Source of the DNA: an uncultured delta proteobacterium
GTDB taxonomy: Bacteria; Myxococcota_A; Polyangia; Polyangiales; Polyangiaceae
Assembly (NCBI GenBank): GCA_963841435.1
Contig: CAWJCS010000003.1
Span: 544,001-608,000, forward strand
Direction of reading: 5' to 3'
DNA: 64,000 nucleotides
The notes under the pieces are model-generated. The model ran no database searches. It was not told the origin of the DNA and was given only the letters and a program-made list of their open reading frames with translations. Shown piece by piece: positions 10,876 through 18,745 of this stretch; the stretch's first letter is position 1; every line of letters begins with the position of its first letter. Position numbers and translations under genes: made by a program.

Positions 10876-12134
10876 GCGCCGAGATCGCGAGGCGGCAGAC
10901 CCACCGTGCCCGCCACGCCGAGCGTGGGCAGCGGCGAGAGCCCGTCCGGCGTGATCGAGAAGCGCATCAGCCCGCCACGATCGGCGTCAGCGACGAGGCA
11001 GGTTTGGGCGCAGCCTGGAGTGCAGAGCAGCCCCCCGAAGGCCACGCCAAGCCCACCCTCGTCGCCGGCGCGGGCCTCGGCAAGCATTTCGGCCGCACCG
11101 GACGCGAGATCGAGCGAAAAAAGGCGATTGTTCGCGCCTCCCGCGAGCGCCGTCTGAGTCTTCACGAGCAGGCCGTCCTCGGCGAAGAACGCCACGTTCG
11201 ACTGCAGCGGCGCGCCAGCGATGTCGATGGCGGCGTAGCGCGCGATCTCGCGCGGCGGCGCCTCGGTGACGTCGAAGAGCACGACGGCGCTCTCGCTCAC
11301 GTCGGCGGGCACACCCTCGCGGTCGATGTACCCCGTGCAGGAGAGCGCGGCGCGTCGAGCGCTCGGCGCGAGCGTGACGGGTCCGCAGTTCTTGAGCCCC
11401 GCGACGGGAAGCGTGAACGTCACCGACTCGCGGTCAACGTCGACACCGACGACCCGCGCTTCTCCCATCGACTTTACGTCGAGGCTCGCGCGTTGCAACG
11501 TGACGAGCACGAGGTCGCCGACGAGAGCGAGGCCTGCCGGGCGCGGGGGGAAATTGCCCTCGTCGGGCAGCGGGATGCGAGAAAGCAAGCTGGGGCTCAG
11601 CGTGTCGATGACGAGCAGATCGCCGCCGCCGTCGAACGGCTCCGAGCCCGGCGTCGGGTCCTCGCCCCAGCGCGAAACGACCGCGCGATCGCCAGAAATC
11701 TCCAAATAATCCTGGGGGTTGGACTCGAAGCCCGTGCCGACGGCAAGCTGCCCGAGCGCGCGCCCCGAGGGTGCTTCGAAGAAGCTCACGACGTTCGTGC
11801 CGTATCGATCGACGAGCACGACGCGCCCGGAGCGCGGGGGTGTCGTGGGCACGACAACGTCACCGGAGAGCGGCAACGCGAGCGCCGACGCTCCCGTCCG
11901 CGCGCTCGAAGCGAACGAGCCGCAGAGCGTGTCGCCGTCGAGCTTCGTCAGCGCGACCTGCGTCGAGACGTAATCGCTCATCACGACGACGGCCGCTGCC
12001 GGGCATCCCGGCGGCGCGTCGATCGTCGCCTCGCAGTGGTCCTCGGCGGTGGGAGAGACGTCACAGCCGCCGAGCAGTGCCGCCGCGAGCAAGAAGCCCG
12101 AGGCACTGGCATGGCGCGAGCCCGCACGCGTCAC
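10869..12134 (-). CDS. Lipoprotein, probable beta-propeller (YncE-like), third gene of B12-riboswitch operon
   Basis: LGGC lipobox; repeated short beta-strand blades (VVLVDR, NPQD, LLVIDT, VVGVD, VVLFD, LFSLD); GTGA overlap with upstream gene. Confidence 0.55.
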   Translation of the reverse strand: MTRAGSRHASASGFLLAAALLGGCDVSPTAEDHCEATIDAPPGCPAAAVVVMSDYVSTQVALTKLDGDTLCGSFASSARTGASALALPLSGDVVVPTTPPRSGRVVLVDRYGTNVVSFFEAPSGRALGQLAVGTGFESNPQDYLEISGDRAVVSRWGEDPTPGSEPFDGGGDLLVIDTLSPSLLSRIPLPDEGNFPPRPAGLALVGDLVLVTLQRASLDVKSMGEARVVGVDVDRESVTFTLPVAGLKNCGPVTLAPSARRAALSCTGYIDREGVPADVSESAVVLFDVTEAPPREIARYAAIDIAGAPLQSNVAFFAEDGLLVKTQTALAGGANNRLFSLDLASGAAEMLAEARAGDEGGLGVAFGGLLCTPGCAQTCLVADADRGGLMRFSITPDGLSPLPTLGVAGTVGLPPRDLGAY

Positions 12135-12805
12135 GGCGCCTCGTCCGAGCCGACGTGGATGACGCCCACGGCGTCCAAATCGAAGCCCGCTGTCGGCTCG
12201 GCGCCCGCGTACGACACATCCGTGATCCGCACGAAGCGGGCGCGCGCCACGCCGATTTCGGCGAGATCGAACGCGTCGCCGCCCGTGATGGCCGGGTCGA
12301 GCGGCACGAGCGCGGACGCATCGTAGACGAGTGTCGGCGTCCAGCCCGCGCAGCCGGGGAAATGGCCCTCGCCGTCACCCGCGGAGACGCAGGCGAAGCC
12401 CGTCCAGCTGTCGCCGTCGTCGCTCACCTCGACGGCCCCGGGCTCGGCGAAGACCTGGCTCGCGCTACCCCCTGGCCAGAACGCATTTTCGAACACGACG
12501 AAGTCCGGCCCGTCACCGTCGACGATGGCGCGCGTGCCGAAGCCGACCTCGATGCTGCCGCCCTTGCCGAGCGACAGCACGTCGAGCGAGCCGACCTCCT
12601 GCCCCCCGCCGCGAGGCGGCCCGAGCACGATGTCCGGCAAGCGATCTTCGCCGAAACCGGCGCTGTCGCCCGGCTCGAAGCTCACGACGGCGCTCGCGTA
12701 GGGCGCCGTCGGTTCGGTGTCCGACGAATCCGAGCCTGCGCCACAACCCATGACGAGCGCCGTCACGCTCGTCGCAAACACAATCCCGCCACGCGGCGTT
12801 TTCAT
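12131..12805 (-). CDS. Cell-surface lipoprotein, BtuH-like candidate cobalamin-binding domain
   Basis: VMGC lipobox; SLGKGGSIEVGF...IVDGDGPDFVVFENAF...EPGAVEVSDDG...FDLDAV motifs; ATGA overlap with upstream gene. Confidence 0.6.
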   Translation of the reverse strand: MKTPRGGIVFATSVTALVMGCGAGSDSSDTEPTAPYASAVVSFEPGDSAGFGEDRLPDIVLGPPRGGGQEVGSLDVLSLGKGGSIEVGFGTRAIVDGDGPDFVVFENAFWPGGSASQVFAEPGAVEVSDDGDSWTGFACVSAGDGEGHFPGCAGWTPTLVYDASALVPLDPAITGGDAFDLAEIGVARARFVRITDVSYAGAEPTAGFDLDAVGVIHVGSDEAP

Positions 12806-13368
12806 CGTCGCGTGAGCTTCGTCCAGGCGAAGCCGCCGCAGCCCATCTCCCCGGGGTGACTGTCGTCGGCGGCCGTGTCGGCGGCGCGGGCCTGCTCGAG
12901 CGTGTCGAGGCCGAAGTCCGTCGTGCAGTAGTAAAACGCGTCGCCGTCGATCTCGGTCCACACGATGCGATTGAAGAGCGACGGGCCGAACTCCGCGTCG
13001 TCGGGATTCTGGGTGATCGCGACGTTGTCGTCGTTCGAGAACGAGGCAATCGTCGCGACGCTTTCGCCCACGCCGGAGTTGACCGACCAGGAAACGTCGT
13101 CGATCACCTCGATGCTGCCGAAGTCGCCGTCCCAGGTCCCGTCAATCTCGAGCGAAGCGGTCTCGCCCCCGCTCTCGCCTCCCTCGCCGCTCGCGCCCGG
13201 TCCGGCGCTACCGCCGGAGCCGCCCGTACCCCCCGAGCCACCGCCAGACCCGCCACGGCCGGCGCTCCCCCCCCGTTCGATGGGTTGCGCGTCGTCGTCA
13301 CCCCCGCATGCCGGGAGGGCGAGAGCCAGCGAAAGTACACCTGCGATTGGGATCCATCTCGTCTTCAT
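12802..13368 (-). CDS. Hypothetical lipoprotein, first gene under cobalamin riboswitch
   Basis: GAGGAG RBS, LPAC lipobox, Gly linker, compact acidic domain with FYYC and GCGGFAWTKL. Confidence 0.75.
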   Translation of the reverse strand: MKTRWIPIAGVLSLALALPACGGDDDAQPIERGGSAGRGGSGGGSGGTGGSGGSAGPGASGEGGESGGETASLEIDGTWDGDFGSIEVIDDVSWSVNSGVGESVATIASFSNDDNVAITQNPDDAEFGPSLFNRIVWTEIDGDAFYYCTTDFGLDTLEQARAADTAADDSHPGEMGCGGFAWTKLTRR

Positions 13369-13486
13369 CGAGCGTCACTCCTCGCCGGTCTGCCGCCGGC
13401 TCGGTGGCGCCACGATTGAAGGACGCGGATCGCACGAACCCTTCGTGCTTCCACGCCTCCATCAACCGTGGGGCTGTCGTGGTCGC

Positions 13487-13651
13487 GGACGAAGGAGGTA
13501 TCCTGGCTCTCGGATGGTGGACTCTGCTCGGCCTTCCCCGGTTTCCCGAGTGGCCCGGCCGCGACGGTCAGTCGCGCCCGATGGCTTCGTCGTCTCCGAT
13601 GACAGTGGCGGGACCGCGCCGGATTCGCACCGGCTTCCCTGACCTCCGTCC
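13487..13651 (-). promoter_or_regulatory. Cobalamin (B12) riboswitch
   Basis: Minus strand reads AGGGAAGCCGGTGCGAATCCGGCGCGGTCCCGCCACTGT...GCCACTCGGGAAACCGGGGAAGGC...GAGCCAGGATACCT (B12 box); terminal GGACGGAGGT pairs with ACCTCCTTCGTCC. Confidence 0.95.
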
Positions 13652-13773
13652 GACTATCGCGTCATTGATTTCCGCCCGTCCCATACACGCGCCGCAGACC
13701 GCGCGTCAAGGGCCCACGGGGGCAAGCGCCGCGCGGCAAGGCCCGCGGAGCCCTGGAACGAGGCAGCCCGCGG

Positions 13774-14505
13774 TCAGCCGAGACCGAGCGTTTCGAGCTC
13801 GTCTTCTTCGAGCCCGAAGTAGTGCCCGATTTCGTGCAGCACCGTGATCTCGACCTCGTGCGCGAGATCCTCCTCGTCGTCGGGATCGACGAACGCGAGC
13901 AGGTTTGCCGCGTAGAGCACGATGCGAGTCGGCATTCCGGCCGAGTCGCCGAGCTGTCGCTCCTCGTTGACCGGCCCTTCGAAGAGCCCCAAACTTCGGG
14001 GGTCGAAGCGGTCGCGCACCAGATCCTCGCTGGGGCGAGCCTCGATGACGATCGGCACGCCGATGAGCCGCCGTCGAAACTTGGCGGGCAGCTCGTTGAG
14101 CACGCGCTCGGCGGTGTCACGAATGCGCGCCTCCACTGCGTCCAAGTCGAAGCCGTCCGCAGCGTCCGCGGCGGCGTCGAGCCGGCGCACGGCCAGTAGC
14201 TCGCGCGCGCACGCGTCCAGGTCCCCGAGCTCCTCGCATAGAAGGGCCAGCGCGTGCCTGGCCTCCGCGAACTCGGGCTCCCGTCCCACGAGCTCCTCGA
14301 GCGCCGTTCGCCCGGCCTTCGGCCCCTTAGCGAGGGCAATGGCGCGCGCCCGCGCGAGCCGCACCTCCGGGTGCGCGGCCGATTCGGGGTTCGCGCGCTC
14401 CGCGATATCGAGCGCTGCATTTGCGTCGCTCTGCAGACGCTCCTCCACGTCCAGGACAAGGTCCAGTACCTCCTTGTTCAACTGGCCCGACGTCGCGTGG
14501 GGCAT
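13774..14505 (-). CDS. Zincin-like metallopeptidase (Zincin_1/DUF1025 type) with TPR-like N-terminus
   Basis: LGLFEG, PTRIVLY, TVLHEIGHYFGLEEDEL (HExxH); helical repeat N-terminal half. Confidence 0.8.
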   Translation of the reverse strand: MPHATSGQLNKEVLDLVLDVEERLQSDANAALDIAERANPESAAHPEVRLARARAIALAKGPKAGRTALEELVGREPEFAEARHALALLCEELGDLDACARELLAVRRLDAAADAADGFDLDAVEARIRDTAERVLNELPAKFRRRLIGVPIVIEARPSEDLVRDRFDPRSLGLFEGPVNEERQLGDSAGMPTRIVLYAANLLAFVDPDDEEDLAHEVEITVLHEIGHYFGLEEDELETLGLG

Positions 14506-14652
14506 TTTTGTCGCCACCCTTAACTGTCGCTACTGTCCAGCAATATTGCAAGCACACAAGGCGAACTGAAACGCCACGGACATCACTTTTTATGGTGCCC
14601 GCTGTAGGAATGCTCCTTACGGCTTCTTACTATCTCGTACCTCGTCCCACAC

Positions 14653-16032
14653 TCAGCCAGTCGGCTGTTTTTCGATCAGCGAGCGAAACCGCGCGATCGA
14701 CTCGGGATCGGCGCGCAGCGAGACGTGCACGCCGTCCTCCTCGTAGCTCTGGCTCTCGACGCGACCTGCGTCGTGCATCATTGCCACGACCGACTGTCGG
14801 GAATACGGGACGACGAGCTCCGCTCCGACGTAACGGGTTTCGAAGAACCGCACGATTCCCTCGCGAACGAAGCTCACGCCCGCCGGATCGCGCGCGCTCA
14901 CGAACCAGGCGTCCGGGCGCGCCTCGCGCAGGGCCGCGAGCTCCGCCGGCGAAACGCGATCGATCTTGTTCATGACGAGCAAGCTGGGGACCCCGTCGGC
15001 GCCGATCTCGGCCAGGACCTCGCGCGTCACGCGCTCCTGACCCTCCCAGCTCGGATCGGCCGCATCCACGACGTGCAAGAGTAGCGACGCTTCGAGCGCC
15101 TCGTCGAGCGTCGACTTGAAGCTCGCGACCAGATCGTGCGGAAGATTCCGGATGAAGCCGACGGTGTCGCTCACGAGGATTCGCGGCCGCGTTTCGGGTT
15201 GCAGGGCACGCACCGTCGTGTCGAGCGTCGCGAACAGGCGATCTTCGACGGTGACGGGGCTCGCCGTGAGCGCGCGCATCAACGACGACTTTCCGGCATT
15301 GGTGTAGCCCACCAGCACCACGCGCCGCGTCGAGCGCCGCTGCGCGCGGCGCGTCCCCTGCTCGCGACCGAGCGCGTCGAGCTTTTGGCGTAGCTCCGCG
15401 ATGCGATCGCGAATGCGCCGGCGATCGAGCTCGATGGCAGCTTCACCCGCGCCCCTGCCGGCCTGGCGTTCCTTGCCCGATGGCGATTCCCGCACGCGCG
15501 GCGCCAGGTATTTGAGTCGTGCCATCTCCACCTCGAGGCGCGCCTCGCGGGTGCGCGCGTGTCGGTGGAAAATCTCGATGATCACGCCCGTGCGATCGAG
15601 CACGGGAACGCCGGCCGCGTGCTCGAGGTTGCGGGCCTGGCTCGGCGTGAGCTCGTGGTTGACGGCGACGAGCGCAATGGCCGAAGGCTTGGGCGAGACG
15701 TTGCCGGCGGGCTCCGTCTGGTCGTCGTCGGCTGTCGCGGGTCCTTCGCGATCGGCGCTGTCGCGCGCCTGGCGCGACTTGCCCGTCTTGCGCCCGCGCG
15801 ACGGATGCGGGCGGCCGGTGCCCCCCGTGAGCTCGGCGAGCTCTTTGAGCTTGCCCTCGCCGAGCACGGCGGCAGGCGAAAGGCTGATGCGCGGTTGGGT
15901 GACGCGCGCCACGGGTTGGTAGCCGAGCGTCGTCACGAGACGCTCGAGCTCGGCGAGGCTCGCCGCCTGCTCCTCGTCGTCCATCGACGGCAGCGCCACA
16001 CCCACGATCACGGCGCGCGGCGCTTCTTGCAT
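14653..16032 (-). CDS. hflX: GTPase HflX
   Basis: ELTPSQARNLE, DRTGVIIEIF, GYTNAGKSSL, LFATLDTT, DTVGFI, NKID. Confidence 0.93.
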   Translation of the reverse strand: MQEAPRAVIVGVALPSMDDEEQAASLAELERLVTTLGYQPVARVTQPRISLSPAAVLGEGKLKELAELTGGTGRPHPSRGRKTGKSRQARDSADREGPATADDDQTEPAGNVSPKPSAIALVAVNHELTPSQARNLEHAAGVPVLDRTGVIIEIFHRHARTREARLEVEMARLKYLAPRVRESPSGKERQAGRGAGEAAIELDRRRIRDRIAELRQKLDALGREQGTRRAQRRSTRRVVLVGYTNAGKSSLMRALTASPVTVEDRLFATLDTTVRALQPETRPRILVSDTVGFIRNLPHDLVASFKSTLDEALEASLLLHVVDAADPSWEGQERVTREVLAEIGADGVPSLLVMNKIDRVSPAELAALREARPDAWFVSARDPAGVSFVREGIVRFFETRYVGAELVVPYSRQSVVAMMHDAGRVESQSYEEDGVHVSLRADPESIARFRSLIEKQPTG

Positions 16033-16091
16033 GGCTCGCCCGTGCGTAGCACGCACCCGCAGGGGGCGGAACTCGCCTGGAAGGCCGGCGC

Positions 16092-17096
16092 TCAGCGCGT
16101 GAGCGTGAGCTCGTCCACTTTCTTGCCGTCGCTCGTCACGAAACGGAGCGAAAGCTTTTCGGCACTGACCTCCAAGAACAGGGCACCGTGATGCTCGTTG
16201 AAGCGCAGGCGGCTGCCCTCGACGGGGGCCTCGAAGGCGTAGGGCGAGTTACCGCCGAGGCCGTTGACGACGTAGGTGACGCCTCCGACCTCGAGCCGCT
16301 CGTAGTCGTGGTCATGACCGGCGAGCACGAGGTCGATGCCCCAGGCGCGGTAGGGCCACTGCATCACGGGCGTGGAGCCGTGAGGGCCGGACGAGTACGG
16401 CGGGTGGTGCATGTAGGCGATGCGGAACGCCGCACGCGACGCCACGGCGCGCTCCTTCAACCAGCGTCCCTGCGCGCTGTCGGCGGTGATGCCGTCCGGC
16501 TCGTGCGGATCGCTGTCGATGGCGAAGAGCTCGACGTTGCCCTCTCGGACGGAGTAGTAGCGCTCGTTGCCGGGAAGGGTGAAGTAGTCGAAGTAGGGGC
16601 GCGCGCCCGGTGCGAGCCAGTCGTGGTTGCCGAGCGCGGGAAAGAAACGATTCTTCGTCCCGCCGGGGCCAAAGCGCCCTCGGTACGGCGAGATCAGCGA
16701 GGCGTAGAAGCGCCCGACGTTTTCGTCGATGGTGTTGGCGCCACCGGAAGGGTAGTTGTTGTCGCCGAGCGTGATCACGAAGTCCGGCTTGTCGGCGAGC
16801 ACGAGGGCAGCGACGCGGCGCTCGTCGTCGCCGCTCGCGCCGAAGTCGCCGATCGCGGCGAAGCGCACGCTGCCGGGCCGCGACTCCACGAAAGGGCGCG
16901 GGAGCACGCTCGCCGTCGCTTTTGGAGCCGGCTTCGGCGCCGACGCCTGGGCGGCGAGCTCGGGGCGCGCCTCGCTGACGCGCTCGGCGGGCGGCGCGCG
17001 GCGGCACCCACCCGCAACGCCGAGGGTCCCGACGACGAGCGAAGCGAGAACGGCGCACGACACGGCGGCTCGACGAGCGCGAGATGAGTGCGTCAT
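16092..17096 (-). CDS. Secreted metallophosphoesterase (purple acid phosphatase-like)
   Basis: IGDFG, LGDNNY, GNHD, HHPPY, GHDHDYER; lipoprotein-like N-terminus. Confidence 0.88.
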   Translation of the reverse strand: MTHSSRARRAAVSCAVLASLVVGTLGVAGGCRRAPPAERVSEARPELAAQASAPKPAPKATASVLPRPFVESRPGSVRFAAIGDFGASGDDERRVAALVLADKPDFVITLGDNNYPSGGANTIDENVGRFYASLISPYRGRFGPGGTKNRFFPALGNHDWLAPGARPYFDYFTLPGNERYYSVREGNVELFAIDSDPHEPDGITADSAQGRWLKERAVASRAAFRIAYMHHPPYSSGPHGSTPVMQWPYRAWGIDLVLAGHDHDYERLEVGGVTYVVNGLGGNSPYAFEAPVEGSRLRFNEHHGALFLEVSAEKLSLRFVTSDGKKVDELTLTR

Positions 17097-17149
17097 GGCG
17101 CGGGAAGCCGCCAGAAGCGGCAGGCGTCGAGTACCCGCCTCCGACCACC

Positions 17150-17179
17150 TTGACAAGGGGTCACACGCCTTCCTAGCTT
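17150..17179 (+). promoter_or_regulatory. Sigma70-type promoter for porin gene
   Basis: TTGACA (17150-17155), 18 nt spacer, TAGCTT (17174-17179), 30 nt before ATG 17210. Confidence 0.55.
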
Positions 17180-17209
17180 GAAAAGCCTGGGGTTGGTGCG
17201 AAAAAAACG

Positions 17210-18476
17210 ATGACCATCACGGTGCGTACCTGGCTCGTGCTCGCGGCGATGCTCCTCACGACCGAGGGTGCTTTCGCGAAGGGGAAGAAGAAGCAGCGAA
17301 ACGCCGAGCCCGCGCCGCCGAGCTCGTCCGCGGCACCCGCGCCGGCAGCCGACGCGTCGAAGCCGGCGCCGCGGCCACCCGACGACGACGACGACGACGA
17401 GGACGCCAACCCCGCCGTTCGGTCGCCGTTCGGCTCGATCGAGCCGGGCGGCCGCGTGCTCGGTCATGCGGCGTTCACGCGCCGCTACGCCGTCTATCGC
17501 GACGCCGCCGACGTCGAGCGCGAGCGCGTCGTGCGCTCGCTCGATCTGACCGTGCCGAGCGCGCGTCTCGACGCGCGCTATCGCGCACCCGTGCGCTACC
17601 TTTCTGCCGAGGTCGAGGTCGAGCTCGCCGGCAAGCCGGAGCTCAAGGACGCGTGGGTCCGCGCGAAGAGCAAGCGCTTCCGCCTCCAGCTCGGTCAATT
17701 CAAGGTGCCGATCTCGAACATCGAGTCGACCTCGCGCTGGGAGCTGCCGCTCGCCGACCGGGGGCTCTTGCACGACATCCTCGTGAACGAGCTCGAGGTG
17801 GCGGGCCGCCGGCCCGGCGTGACCGTCGGGGCGCGTGCCGGTGGCCCGTGGAAGCCGAGCCTGACGCTCGGCGCGTTCCAGGGCTCGGTCGTTACGGAAC
17901 AGGTGGGCGCGAACCGCAAGGTGAGCCTGCTCTCGGAGCAGTCGATGAAGAGCCAGAGCTTCGTCGTGCGCGCCGAGGTGCGGCGCGGCGATCTCCACGC
18001 TCGGCGCGTCGTACGAGCACCGCGTCGGAACGCCCGCCGTGATGACCATCGAGCGCTACGCAACCGGCGGCGTCGATCTCACGCTCGACACGCACGTCGG
18101 ATTGCGCGGGCTGCGCGTCTGGGCCGAGGGCCTCGTCGGGGGCAGCTGGCTCGAGCACTCGCGAAAGCCCACCGATGACCGGGCCGCGACGTTCGCCGCC
18201 GGGCGGGTCGTCGCGGCGGTCCGCACGGGCGGACGAAAGAAACGCGACTTTTACGTCGAGCCCTACGGGATGGTCGGCGTGTTCGACCCAGATACCGAAG
18301 TCGCCTTCGACCTCGCGTGGGAAGAAACCGTCGGGGTCAACGTGGGCGGGTGGAAGGTCTTCCGTGTCGGTGTGGAGGGCCACCACGCGGGCGCCGAGCG
18401 AAACCTTCCCCGCGTCTACGGTCTCGGCGATCCGGACCGCATCGAGATCCTGCTCCAAGCGGGCGCCGCCTTCTGA
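17210..18476 (+). CDS. Outer-membrane porin, OprO/OprP-like; +1 frameshift near 17995
   Basis: Signal peptide, ELKDAWV...LQLGQFKVPIS..LPLADRG..RRPGV motifs; second frame ends QAGAAF (terminal Phe). Confidence 0.65.
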
Positions 18477-18745
18477 GCACACCGAAGCTGCAATTGGGCA
18501 CCTCGAGTGGAACTGGTGCCAGAGACCCAACACATCCGGCCTCGAAGTCACCTTGTGTGCGCTTGTGTGTTCGCCGCACAACGGGCAAAAACGAGAAGCG
18601 AGCAAGAGCGAGATGCGAGCGGGCAAAAAAAGTTGCGACGCCCAGAAAACATGAGCCGCCACGCCTGCGAAGGACCTCCCTGTCTGGTATGCTCCCAAGG
18701 CCGGTCGGGCGGGACGCCGCCGACGACTGTCCAGAGGTAATAAGC

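Noticed and set aside
14653-16032. hflX as an antibiotic-resistance (HflXr-type) copy
   Set aside because: No attenuator or leader peptide visible; would need phylogeny
17381-17400. (GAC)n run
   Set aside because: Poly-Asp linker in the porin; in frame, no sign of a contingency function
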